A stretch of DNA of 62,703 nucleotides, filler included, from an uncultured bacterium (GCA_964637655.1; 13 parts of 13 records of this genome joined end to end with filler, not necessarily neighbours in it), one strand, 5' to 3'; positions 30,373 through 39,820 are shown, counted from the whole stretch's first letter. The notes: a model not told the origin generated them from the sequence alone. Program-made: numbers and translations.

Positions 30373-30599
30373 CCGCGGGTCATGGCGCTGCCGCACTGCG
30401 GACACTGCAGCCCGGTGCAGGGCGTGCTGACCCCATGCGTCACGCGCGTCCCGCACTTGGGGCAGACACAACTCCCGCCCGGCCCGCTCCCCGGCTGCGT
30501 ACCGCCCATGCGGCCACGCCCGCCACCCTGCCCGCGTCCTGCTCCCCGTCCCGTCCCCGCGCCCTGTCCGCGCGGTCCCGTCCCGTCGCCACCCGGCAT
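30369..30599 (-). CDS. DUF5320-like Gly-rich protein with Zn-ribbon
   Basis: MPGGDGTGPRGQG..., CVCPKCG...PC...CPQCG. Confidence 0.75.
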   Translation of the reverse strand: MPGGDGTGPRGQGAGTGRGAGRGQGGGRGRMGGTQPGSGPGGSCVCPKCGTRVTHGVSTPCTGLQCPQCGSAMTRG

Positions 30600-30609
30600 G
30601 ATGGGCCTC

Positions 30610-30786
30610 CTATTCCAGCGCGATGGCGTGGCTGTTGCACACGCCGACACAGGCGCCGCACGCCACGCACTTGTCGTCAATGACTGCCTTGTGTTTGACC
30701 ATGCTGATGGCCTGTACCGGACAGATTTCCACGCAGGCCGTGCAGCCGCTGCACTTCCGTTCATCCACCACTGCTTGCATTGCCAT
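30610..30786 (-). CDS. 2[4Fe-4S] ferredoxin (58 aa)
   Basis: Not in ORF track. CSGCTACVEICP and CVACGACVGVC motifs. Confidence 0.9.
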   Translation of the reverse strand: MAMQAVVDERKCSGCTACVEICPVQAISMVKHKAVIDDKCVACGACVGVCNSHAIALE

Positions 30787-30835
30787 CGTCCCGCTCCCGT
30801 GCGGCCGGCAAATTGTACGACACTGCCCGGCCCTG

Positions 30836-30869
30836 CACCAATAATAGCAAATGCTATTATCTCTGTCAA
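30836..30869 (-). promoter_or_regulatory. Promoter with overlapping palindromic operator for the ferredoxin operon
   Basis: TTGACA-17 nt-TATTAT overlapped by the perfect inverted repeat ATAATAGCA-AA-TGCTATTAT (30841-30860). Confidence 0.7.
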
Positions 30870-30989
30870 GGGGCTACGCCAAATTGTGGCGCAACCTGCC
30901 GTCAGCGCGCCGCTTCTGCGGCGGGATTGACAGGCGGCTGCGGAAGGAGTATCGTGTGCAGAGGACGGACATCCCGTCGGAGAACGCCT

Positions 30990-31757
30990 GTGCGCCTGCT
31001 GCTCTGCTGCTGCCTGCTGCTGCTTGCCGTCCCGGCCGCCGCGCTGGAGGTCTACTGCTTTCATCTCCCCTACGGCGTCCCTGCAGGCACCGCTGACACC
31101 AACATTCTCATCGTGCGCGAAATCTACGCACTCTCGGCCAACCCGACGACCAAGTTTGCCGACTGGGTCGCCTACCGGCTCGACAGCGCGACGGTGAACG
31201 GCGAGGCGCGCACCTCGCGCGTCTGGGCCGCCGACCCGTGGCTCCCCGACACCGCGACGCTCGAACCTGACGATTACCGCGATGCCAACGCCAAACTCGG
31301 CACCGACCGCGGGCATCAGGCCCCGCTCGGCTCGTTCAAGGGCACCACCCAGTGGCGCACGACCAATTACCTGTCGAATATCACCCCGCAGCGCGCACCG
31401 CTCAATCAGGGGGCCTGGGCGGCGCTCGAAGAACAGGAACGCGCCCTGGCGCGTGCAACCACCATCTACGTGATTACCGGCCCGCTCTATGAGGAGGCGA
31501 TGCCGCCGCTGCCGACTGCGGACGAACCGCATGTCGTCCCCTCGGGCTACTGGAAAATCATCACTACCACCGACAGCAGCGGCGCGCCCGGCTGCCTGGC
31601 CTTCTGCTTCCCGCAATCCACCCCGCGCAACGCCGCGTTCGTCGACTACCGGTGCTCCGTGGATGAGATCGAAACGCGCAGCGGCCTCGATTTCTTCCCC
31701 GCGCTCGACGACGCGCGCGAAGCGGTTATGGAGGCGGCTGTTCCCGCTGTCCGCTGA
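30990..31757 (+). CDS. Secreted DNA/RNA non-specific endonuclease (NucA-like)
   Basis: Signal peptide, DWVAY, DRGHQAP, SNITPQ, LNQGAW, PSGYWK. Confidence 0.92.
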   Translation: MRLLLCCCLLLLAVPAAALEVYCFHLPYGVPAGTADTNILIVREIYALSANPTTKFADWVAYRLDSATVNGEARTSRVWAADPWLPDTATLEPDDYRDANAKLGTDRGHQAPLGSFKGTTQWRTTNYLSNITPQRAPLNQGAWAALEEQERALARATTIYVITGPLYEEAMPPLPTADEPHVVPSGYWKIITTTDSSGAPGCLAFCFPQSTPRNAAFVDYRCSVDEIETRSGLDFFPALDDAREAVMEAAVPAVR

Positions 31758-31811
31758 AGCCCGCCGGCTCCGATTGTTGACCCGACCCGGCAAAAGGAGT
31801 AGCATGGTGGT

Positions 31812-33092
31812 ATGAAAACGCTCACTGAAATTGCGGCTGCCGTCGGCTGCCCTGCCACTGACACCCCCGGCCTCTACGGCATCGCCCCGGAGCGCAACCT
31901 GGCGCAGGTGCTCCCCGCGGTGCAGGAGTTGCTCGCCACCGGGAAGAGCGCACATCCCGCCTTCGCGTCGCTTGCGGGCACGTATGACAACCTCTTCATC
32001 TTTTTCGCCGATTCGCTCGGGCTCTCCCTGCTGCAGGGGAGCGGCACGGCGCTGGAAAAACTCTTTGTCCGCTTCGGCCAGCCCTTTTCGACGGTCTTCC
32101 CCTCGATTACCAATGTCGCCATCACCTCGTTCTACACCGGCACGCTCCCGGTCGAGCACGGCATTCCCGGTTTTGTCATCGAGATGCCTGATGTCGGCAC
32201 CCGGGTCGACCACCTGCAGCTCAAGGTGCCGGGCGCGACCGCGTCACTCCCCGCCGCGGGGTTCGACTGCCGGCAGTGGTTCCGCCGCCCGACGCGCTAC
32301 ACCCGCGCCGCCTTCGGCAACCGCGACCTCTATTCCTTCGCCCCGTGGCCGATTATCGGCTCCGGGCTGTCGTCGCTCGCCTTCGGCAGCGAGACCTTCT
32401 TCCACGGCTATGACTATGCCATCGAGGGATTCGAGCGGGCGCGGCTGGTGCTCGAACACGGGCAGCGTACGGTCATCAACTACTACCAGCCGGGCCCCGA
32501 CGGCATGTCGCACAAATTCGGCCCCGGTGACGACGAGACCGCGCTCTATGTCCGCCAGCTGGACGAGCAGTTCGCGCATTTCCTGCACAAGGTCAGTCCG
32601 GCAGTGGCGGCGCGCACACTCTTCCTTTTCGTCGCTGACCACGGGCAGGTGCAGACCGACGCCGTCACCGTCACCCCGGAGCAGCAGCAGACGCTCTTCC
32701 GCGGGGTCACGCGCGACTGGCTCGGCTACTCGGGGCGCGTGGCCCATGTCTACGGCACGGAGGACGAGGCGCAGCAGGTCATCGGCACGCTGCGCGAGAT
32801 GGCGGGCGACACGTTTGCGGTACTCGACCGTGACGCGGTATGCCGCCACTACACCGGCGGGCAGGCAGGCGACGACCTTTTCTGGCAGCGCAACGGCCGG
32901 TACCTGCTCTCGTTCAAGCCGGGTCACGGTCTGCATCTCGCGCAGGAGAAAGAAACCCGGCGGCAGAACGACCCGCTGCAGCAGCTGCAGCGGCTCTACA
33001 ACGGTCAGCATGGCGGGGCGTCACTCGACGAGCTGCTCATCCCCGTCATTTGCGCTAATGCCCGCGCCTGCCAGGAAGCGCTCTTCAGCTGA
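31812..33092 (+). CDS. Alkaline-phosphatase-superfamily nucleotide pyrophosphatase/phosphodiesterase
   Basis: FADSLG, TVFPSIT, HGI, DGMSHKFG, VADHG, GQHGG. Confidence 0.82.
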   Translation: MKTLTEIAAAVGCPATDTPGLYGIAPERNLAQVLPAVQELLATGKSAHPAFASLAGTYDNLFIFFADSLGLSLLQGSGTALEKLFVRFGQPFSTVFPSITNVAITSFYTGTLPVEHGIPGFVIEMPDVGTRVDHLQLKVPGATASLPAAGFDCRQWFRRPTRYTRAAFGNRDLYSFAPWPIIGSGLSSLAFGSETFFHGYDYAIEGFERARLVLEHGQRTVINYYQPGPDGMSHKFGPGDDETALYVRQLDEQFAHFLHKVSPAVAARTLFLFVADHGQVQTDAVTVTPEQQQTLFRGVTRDWLGYSGRVAHVYGTEDEAQQVIGTLREMAGDTFAVLDRDAVCRHYTGGQAGDDLFWQRNGRYLLSFKPGHGLHLAQEKETRRQNDPLQQLQRLYNGQHGGASLDELLIPVICANARACQEALFS

Positions 33093-33358
33093 TGTCCTGC
33101 CCACTCTGCCACGCGGCGCTCCCCCCTGAACCGCGCTATCCCCGTCGCCTCTGTCCGTTATGCGCCGCACAGGCAACAGATGCCACCGGGCGCCCCGTGC
33201 GCTTTGCCAACGAGGAGTTGACCGGCGGCATCACCGGTCGCTACACCGACACCGATACCCCGTACACCGAAGCTACATGCTGGGTACGCGGCACCCGCTG
33301 CACCGCGACAGAAGCGCATCTCGGCGGCATCGTCATCATGCCGGTGATGCCCGCCTGA
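33092..33358 (+). CDS. Small Cys-rich hypothetical protein
   Basis: CPLC..RYPRRLCPLC...C...EAHLGGIV; start overlaps the upstream stop (TGATG). Confidence 0.6.
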   Translation: MSCPLCHAALPPEPRYPRRLCPLCAAQATDATGRPVRFANEELTGGITGRYTDTDTPYTEATCWVRGTRCTATEAHLGGIVIMPVMPA

Positions 33359-33412
33359 CCGGCTGCCCGGCGCGGCATGGACGCCACGCCGCAACCGTGC
33401 TACACTGCTGAT

Positions 33413-34344
33413 ATGGAACCTGCCGTCATGCTGCGCCCCGGCACGTTTTCTCGCGGACTGCTGGTGCGGGCACTGGTTTTGCTGCTGCTCTTCACCCTGT
33501 TCGCCACCGTGCTGGTCGTCAGCACCACCCTGCTCGAACGTATGACGGAGGCCGTGCACGAATGCGCGCTGGCCGCCACGCTGGCCCAGCGTCTGGAAAC
33601 CATCGTGCTGGCTGAACGGCGCAACCTGCTGCTCTATCTCGATACCCGCGACCCGGCCCGGCTCGCCGACAACCGTACGCTGCGGCAGGAGGCCGCGGCA
33701 CTCATCGCCGCCCTGCCGCGCCTGATTTCCTCCCCCGAGGAGGCGGTGCTCGTCGCCCAGGTGCAGAACCGCTACGCGCGCTACCACGCGCAGGTGCCGG
33801 AAGAAGCCGCGCCCACGTCCGCTGAACTGCAACAGCTTATCGACCGTCTTATCCGCTCGCTGGGCGACCTCCGCGACATCAACCTGCAGCAGATGCACGA
33901 GCTGCGCGCGCGCAGCGAATCGCTGAATCGCGCGGTCGACCTCACGGTGTACATCAGCATGCCGCTGGTTGCCCTGCTGCTGCTCGCCGGCGCCTACCGC
34001 CTCTGGCGGCAGGTGGTCGGCCCGCTGCTGCGCCTGACTGATGCCGCCCGCCGCCTGGCCGGTGGCAACGTCACGGTGCAGCTCCCGGTCGGCGCCCGCG
34101 ATGAACTCGGCGACCTGACCAGCGCCTTCAATACGCTCAGCGAGGCACTGGTCGCCCGCGACACGGAACGCCAGCGCGCGCTGGCCGCCATCGCGCATGA
34201 CCTGCGCAGCCCGCTCACCGTGCTCAGCGGCACGGTGGAACTGCTCGCGCTGGCCGGCCCGGAGGAACGCGACCGCTGCCTTGCCGTGCTGGCCACGCAG
34301 TGCCGGCGGCTGACCGGCATGACCCACGATCTGATGGAGAGCGT
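33413..34344 (+). CDS. Sensor histidine kinase with HAMP domain (3' truncated)
   Basis: Two TM helices, HAMP (RDELGDLTSAFN), H-box IAHDLRSPL. Confidence 0.88.
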
Positions 34345-34444
34345 NNNNNNNNNNNNNNNNNNNNNNNNNNNNNNNNNNNNNNNNNNNNTTAATTAATTAA
34401 NNNNNNNNNNNNNNNNNNNNNNNNNNNNNNNNNNNNNNNNNNNN

Positions 34445-34996
34445 CAGCGCCTGCAGATGCACCGGCGTACCGTACCCCTTGTGCTGCGCGAACCCGTACG
34501 GCGGGTAGCGCGCGTCGAGTTCAACGAGGATGGCGTCGCGGGTGGTCTTGGCGAGCACCGAGGCGGCCGCCACCGCCAGCGAGAGGGCGTCACCCTTGCA
34601 CAGCGTGCGGCAGTCCGTCACGCCCGGCGGCGCCTGGTTGCCGTCGACGAGCGTCAGCGCGGGACGCACCGCCAGGCCCGCCCACGCGCGGTGCATGGCC
34701 AGCAGCGTCGCCTGCAGAATGTTGATCCGGTCGATCTCCGCGGCGCTGACCACGGCGACCTGCCACGCCACGGCGCGCGCGCGGATAACCGCCGCGGCCG
34801 CATCGCGCTGCGCCGCGGTGAGCGTCTTGCTGTCCCCGACGACAAAGGGCTCGCCGCCGGGGGGGAGAATGACGGCGGCGGCGACGACCGGCCCGGCCAG
34901 CGGCCCGCGTCCCGCCTCGTCAATCCCCGCAAGGAGCGACACCCCGAGCGCGGCATCATGCGCCGCGAGGCGCAGATACCGCGTCGGGCGCCCCAC
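34445..34996 (-). CDS. rnhB: Ribonuclease HII (3' truncated)
   Basis: GIDEAGRGPLAGPVV, DSK, VDGN, AASVLAK, HKGYGT. Confidence 0.95.
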
Positions 34997-35359
34997 TTAC
35001 TTCGCGTCGTCCCGCTGTTCGGTCAGACGCGCACTGCGCTTCGACCGGCCGCGCAGGTAATACAGCTTGCTGCGCCGCACCTTGTGATGCGCCTGTACCT
35101 CGATGCTCGCCACCGCCGGGGCGTGCAGCGGAAAGATGCGCTCGACCCCGATACCGTGCGAGATGTGGCGCACGGTGATGCTGCGCGACAGATTCTTGCC
35201 GGCAATGGCAATGACCGTGCCGCCGAACGCCTGCAGCCGCTCGTTGTCACCTTCCTTGATGCGCACCTGCACCTTGACCTTGTCCCCCACCTTGACGGCG
35301 GGAACGTCCTTCTTGCGGTAGGATTCCTCCACACTCCGCATGACCGCTGAAAGATTCAC
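34997..35359 (-). CDS. rplS: 50S ribosomal protein L19
   Basis: GTG start after AGGAGG; ERLQAF.G.VI, GVERIFP, KVRRSKLYYLR. Confidence 0.95.
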   Translation of the reverse strand: MNLSAVMRSVEESYRKKDVPAVKVGDKVKVQVRIKEGDNERLQAFGGTVIAIAGKNLSRSITVRHISHGIGVERIFPLHAPAVASIEVQAHHKVRRSKLYYLRGRSKRSARLTEQRDDAK

Positions 35360-36162
35360 GTTGTTCCTCCTTGGCCCGCCTCCGCGGGTCCGTTGTCTGC
35401 TGCTGTCCGCCACTGCCGCATCTGCCGCTGCTGCCGCTCGACCGTCAGTTTCAGCGCCTGCAGTTTGCGCCAGCGGCTGATCTGCGCATGGTTGCCCGAG
35501 AGCAGCACCTCGGGCACCGTCAGGCCGCGGAACTCCCGCGGCCGGGTATACTGCGGGTACTCCAGCACGCCGCCGGCCACCAGCTGCGCGGCCGCCGCGC
35601 GGTCCAGCCCGAGCAGGTCAGCCGCCTCGTCGGCGGTGAGCCAGCCCGTCCCGAATGATTCCTCCTGCAGTGATTCCGGGTTGCCGATAACCCCGTGCAC
35701 CTTGCGGGTGACGGCCTCGACCAGCATCAGGGCGGGAAGTTCCCCGCCCATCAGCACGTAGTCGCCGACCGACACTTCCCGGTCAATCCACCCCCCGCTG
35801 CGCACGCGTTCGTCCACCCCCTCGTAGCGCCCGCAGATAAGCACCAGCTGCGGGCAGGCCGCGAATTCGTCAACCAGCGCCTGCGTCAGGGTCTCGCCCC
35901 GCGGCGACAGCAGGATGACCTGCCGCCCGTCGAGCCGCGGCAGCGCTTCGAGCGCCGCCACCAGCGGTTCGGGCTTGAGCACCATCCCCGCCCCGCCGCC
36001 GAACGGCGTATCATCCACCGTGCGGTGCACATCCGTCGTCCACTGCCGCAGGTCGTGCGCCGCCGCGGTGATCTTCGCTTCAGCCAGCGCTCTGGCCAGC
36101 AGCGAGTGTCCGAGCACCGCCTCGCACAGCGCGGGAAAAATACTGACGAGATCGATGCGCAT
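35356..36162 (-). CDS. trmD: tRNA (guanine37-N1)-methyltransferase, with an insertion
   Basis: VDDTPFGGGAGM, CGRYEGVDER, SVGDYVL.GGE, LEYPQYTRP, SGNHA. Confidence 0.95.
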   Translation of the reverse strand: MRIDLVSIFPALCEAVLGHSLLARALAEAKITAAAHDLRQWTTDVHRTVDDTPFGGGAGMVLKPEPLVAALEALPRLDGRQVILLSPRGETLTQALVDEFAACPQLVLICGRYEGVDERVRSGGWIDREVSVGDYVLMGGELPALMLVEAVTRKVHGVIGNPESLQEESFGTGWLTADEAADLLGLDRAAAAQLVAGGVLEYPQYTRPREFRGLTVPEVLLSGNHAQISRWRKLQALKLTVERQQRQMRQWRTAADNGPAEAGQGGTT

Positions 36163-36167
36163 CGTCC

Positions 36168-36413
36168 CTACGCCTGCATCCCCGCGCGCTTGAGCAGCGC
36201 CGCCACCGTCGGCGTCGGGGTTGCCCCCTTCTTGATCCACGCGGCCGCCTTCGCCCCGTCCAGATTCAGCGCCTTCTCCTTGTCCAGCGGGTTGTAGGTG
36301 CCGATTGCCTCGAGGTACGCGCTGCTGCACGCCGCGCGCGATTCCGTCACCACCACGCGGTAGTACGGCTTCTTCTTCGCCCCGAACCGCTTCAGCCTGA
36401 TCTTTACTGACAT
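36168..36413 (-). CDS. rpsP: 30S ribosomal protein S16
   Basis: MSVKIRLKRFGAKKKPYYRVVV, IGTYNP, WIKKGA.PT.TV. Confidence 0.95.
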   Translation of the reverse strand: MSVKIRLKRFGAKKKPYYRVVVTESRAACSSAYLEAIGTYNPLDKEKALNLDGAKAAAWIKKGATPTPTVAALLKRAGMQA

Positions 36414-36479
36414 GTTGTTCTCACCCCCCTGACGGCCCGTGGCCGTCGCTGTCGTTATACCGCCCGCGGCGCCGCCGCG

Positions 36480-37844
36480 TCAGTGCTGTGTGCCGCCACC
36501 CGGCATGCCCGGCAGGGAAAACCCCGCCGGGTTGATCCCGAGTTTCGCCAGCTGCTTGCTCATCTTCCCCATCTTGCCCATCATCTTCTGCATTTCGCCG
36601 AACTGCTTGAGCAGCCGGTTGACATCCTGCACCGTGGTGCCGCTCCCCGCCGCGATGCGCTGCCGGCGGCTGCCGCTGAGGATTTCCGGTTTCTGCCGCT
36701 CGGGGCGGGTCATCGAGCGGACGATGGCGGTCATGCGCGACATTTCCCCCTCGGCCATGCCGCGCGCCGCCGGGTTGACCTTGACCCCGGGGAGCATGCC
36801 GAGGATCTGGTCGAGCGGCCCCATCGCCTGCAGCTGCTGCATCTGCTCGAGAAAATCGTCGAAGTTGAGTTTCCCCTTGAGCAGGCGCTTCTCCATCTCC
36901 TTCGCTTTTTTCTCGTCGACCTTCTGCTCGACCTTCTCGATGAGCGAGAGCATGTCGCCCATGCCGAGCAGGCGCCCGACCAGGCGGTCGGCATGGAAGG
37001 GCTCGAGCGCGTCGATCTTTTCGCCCAGCCCGACGAACTTCACCGGCTTGCCCGTGACGTGGCGGATGGAGAGCGCGGCCCCGCCGCGCGTGTCCCCGTC
37101 GAGCTTGGTCAGGACGACCCCGGTGACGGACAACTGCTCATTGAACGCCCGGGCCGAGTTGACCGCGTCCTGCCCGGTCATCGAGTCGGCGACGAAGAGC
37201 ACCTCGTCGATGCGCTGCGCGCTGCGGATGGTACGCAGTTCCGCCATCATCGCCTCGTCGACGTGCAGGCGCCCCGCGGTGTCGATGATGACCGGGTTAT
37301 GCCCCTTCTCCACCGCCAGGCTGAGCCCGTCGGCAACAATACGCGGCGGCGGAACGTCGGCGCCGGGGGCGTAGACCGCGAGATCATGCTGCCGCCCGAG
37401 GATCTTCAGCTGCTCGATGGCGGCGGGACGGTAGACGTCCGCGGCGAGGAGCAGCGGGTTCATCCCTTTCGTGCGCAGGTGGTGGGCGAGCTTGGCGCAG
37501 GTGGTGGTCTTGCCCGAGCCCTGCAGCCCGCAGACCATGATGACCGACGGGTGCCCCGACAGTTCGAGACGCGCCGTCTCCGTGCCCATGACGCGCAGGA
37601 ATTCGTCGCGCACGATCCCGACGAACTGCTGCCCGGGATTGAGCGATTCGAGCACCTCAACCCCGACCGCACGGGCCTTGACCCCGGCGATGAACTCCTT
37701 GACCACCCCGAGGTGGACGTCCGCCTCAAGCAGCGCCATGCGCACCGCGCGCACCGCCTCCTGGATGTTCGCCTCGGAGAGTTTACCGCGCCCGGTCAGG
37801 GTGCGGAAAATGCCCTGCAGTTTGTCGGAGAGTTGCTGCAGCAT
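36480..37844 (-). CDS. ffh: Signal recognition particle protein
   Basis: ALLEADV, GLQGSGKTT, DTAGR, TKLDGDTRGGAAL, Met-rich M domain. Confidence 0.97.
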   Translation of the reverse strand: MLQQLSDKLQGIFRTLTGRGKLSEANIQEAVRAVRMALLEADVHLGVVKEFIAGVKARAVGVEVLESLNPGQQFVGIVRDEFLRVMGTETARLELSGHPSVIMVCGLQGSGKTTTCAKLAHHLRTKGMNPLLLAADVYRPAAIEQLKILGRQHDLAVYAPGADVPPPRIVADGLSLAVEKGHNPVIIDTAGRLHVDEAMMAELRTIRSAQRIDEVLFVADSMTGQDAVNSARAFNEQLSVTGVVLTKLDGDTRGGAALSIRHVTGKPVKFVGLGEKIDALEPFHADRLVGRLLGMGDMLSLIEKVEQKVDEKKAKEMEKRLLKGKLNFDDFLEQMQQLQAMGPLDQILGMLPGVKVNPAARGMAEGEMSRMTAIVRSMTRPERQKPEILSGSRRQRIAAGSGTTVQDVNRLLKQFGEMQKMMGKMGKMSKQLAKLGINPAGFSLPGMPGGGTQH

Positions 37845-37857
37845 CGTCCCGGTCTCC

Positions 37858-38169
37858 CTACAGCGCCGCGTGCAGGCGCGCGAGGGCCGGGCCGGCGGAC
37901 GCGGGGAGTGTCGCCTCCAGCGCGCGCAGCGCGGCGCGGCGGCGGCGGTCGGCGGCCACCAGGCCGAGCGCCGCATCGTAGGCCTGCAGGTGGCGCCGCG
38001 TGCGGCGCAGCAGGTCGGAGACCGCCTGCCGCGTGATGCGCAGCGCCGCGGCGATCTCCGCCAGCGAGTAATCGTCGAAGTAATAGAGGCGGTAGAGCCG
38101 CTGCTGACGCGCTGTCAGCAGCGCGCCGTAGAAGTCGAACAACAGCGTGTCCCGCACCTGCTTGCCCAC
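37858..38169 (-). CDS. ylxM: YlxM/UPF0122 HTH protein
   Basis: LFDFYGALLT..Q, YYFDDYSLAEIA, ITRQAV; canonical position upstream of ffh. Confidence 0.9.
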   Translation of the reverse strand: MGKQVRDTLLFDFYGALLTARQQRLYRLYYFDDYSLAEIAAALRITRQAVSDLLRRTRRHLQAYDAALGLVAADRRRRAALRALEATLPASAGPALARLHAAL

Positions 38170-38182
38170 GTTCCGCTCCTCT

Positions 38183-38225
38183 GTCAAGTAATAGTACTTT
38201 ACTATACCGGGCGGGACCGTGTCAA
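38183..38225 (-). promoter_or_regulatory. ylxM-ffh promoter with imperfect palindrome
   Basis: TTGACA-18 nt-TAAAGT; GTCAAGTA-ATAG-TACTTTAC at 38183-38202. Confidence 0.5.
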
Positions 38226-38281
38226 GCCAGCCCGGGCGCGCCCCCTTGACAGGAGGGGGGCGCGGAGGGTATCGTCACGGC

Positions 38282-38881
38282 ATGGAAAAGTGGATCATCG
38301 CCATCGTCGCGGCCATTGTCGTCGTCGTGTCGGCGCTGGTGTTCGTCATCTACCCGGTCTACCGCGCGCAGGAGGAAGAGGCCAGCCGGCCCCTGCCGGC
38401 ACCCCCGGGGGCAGTCAGCGTCCCGTCGCGGCCGGCGCAGGCCCCGCACCTGCCCCCCCCCACCCCGACCCCGGTGCAGACCCCGGCCGAGCCGGTGCCC
38501 GCCTACCAGGAACCGGAGCCGCCGCCGCGCCCGAGCGATCCCATTTTGCGCCTGCAGCTGGTGGAGGAGCAATTGAACCGGCTGAACGCGCTGACCGACC
38601 GGCTCAGCGCGCTGGAGTCGCGTCTCAACCAGCTGGCTGCCGCCGGCAGCGGCACGAACAGCGCCGAGGTCGCCGCGCTGCGCGAGCAGCTCGCCGCGCT
38701 CGGCACCGCCTCTGCCGGCACCGGCAGCAGCGGCAGCCGGACGAATAGCGCGGTCCAGACGGAACTGACCGCGCTCGGCACCCGCCTCGGCTCGCTCGAG
38801 AGCAAGGCCACCACGCTGGAGACCACCGTTGCCACCCTCGAACGCAAGGTGATCAGCGGCACCAGCAACTGGCGGCGCTGA
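38282..38881 (+). CDS. Membrane-anchored Pro-rich coiled-coil protein
   Basis: N-terminal TM helix, Pro-rich linker, heptad-rich C-terminus; promoter immediately upstream. Confidence 0.7.
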   Translation: MEKWIIAIVAAIVVVVSALVFVIYPVYRAQEEEASRPLPAPPGAVSVPSRPAQAPHLPPPTPTPVQTPAEPVPAYQEPEPPPRPSDPILRLQLVEEQLNRLNALTDRLSALESRLNQLAAAGSGTNSAEVAALREQLAALGTASAGTGSSGSRTNSAVQTELTALGTRLGSLESKATTLETTVATLERKVISGTSNWRR

Positions 38882-39132
38882 TGGCTGCCCCGGTCGTGCG
38901 CAAGCGCACACTCAACTGGCCGTTTCTCGCCGTCTGCCTGCTCACGGTGCTGATCATCAGTCCCGTCGACCCGTTCCCCGAGATGTTCGCCGGTCCCATC
39001 GGCCTGCTCGATGATCTCGGCTACGGCATCCTCGACATCATCCTGCTGCTCTACATCCGCCACAAGAAAAAACTGGAAGAACAGCAGGCCGCGGACAAAC
39101 CGGGCCTCGATCCCGGCAAAAAGATTTCCTGA
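38881..39132 (+). CDS. DUF1232/YkvA-like small membrane protein
   Basis: ISPVDPFPE...IGLLDD motif. Confidence 0.65.
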   Translation: MAAPVVRKRTLNWPFLAVCLLTVLIISPVDPFPEMFAGPIGLLDDLGYGILDIILLLYIRHKKKLEEQQAADKPGLDPGKKIS

Positions 39133-39294
39133 TTAGCAGCTGTTCAGCCANNNNNNNNNNNNNNNNNNNNNNNNNNNNNNNNNNNNNNNNNNNNTTAATT
39201 AATTAANNNNNNNNNNNNNNNNNNNNNNNNNNNNNNNNNNNNNNNNNNNNGCTGCTTTGGTCTGTTGCAAGAGGGAGCAGGACGGAAAGACCGG

Positions 39295-39820
39295 ATGGTC
39301 GCCATGCAACTCCCCGCGCCCGGCAAGCCGGTGGAAAAGATCGAACGCGCCATAGCGGACCCGGGGCCCGGAGAGGTGCTTATCCAAGTGTCGGCCTGCG
39401 GCGTTTGCCGAACCGACCTGCATGTTCTGGATAGTGAAATTCCCGCACATTATCCGATCATACCCGGCCATCAGATCGTCGGCAGGGTGTTCGCTGTCGG
39501 GCCAGGTGCCGATGCTTTGGCCATCACGCAGCGGGTGGGCGTTGCCTGGTTGGGGCATGTCTGCGGGCAATGCCCCTGTTGCCGGGCAGGCCGGGAAAAT
39601 CTTTGCGATGCGCCGCTATTTACGGGGGCGACGCACGATGGCGGCTATGCGACCCATGTGATCGCGGATGCTCGCTATTGCTTGGCCCTGCCAGACCGTT
39701 TTTCCGACATCGAGGTTGCGCCATTGCTTTGCGCCGGGCTGATCGGCTGGCGGGCGACGCGCCGGTTATCGGGCTTTACGGCTTTGGTGCCGCCGCCCAT
39801 ATTCTGGCGCAGGTGGCGCG
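39295..39820 (+). pseudogene. Zinc-binding alcohol dehydrogenase family fragment, frameshifted and truncated
   Basis: CGVCRTDLH, PGHQIVG, CGQCPCC...ENLC, APLLCAGLIGWRA; frame change near 39755 to GDAPVIGLYGFGAAAHILAQVAR, then homology ends. Confidence 0.8.

Noticed and set aside
30369..32213. 614-aa minus-strand ORF
   Set aside because: Mostly antisense to the nuclease and phosphodiesterase genes; only the last 76 codons (DUF5320-like) look real.
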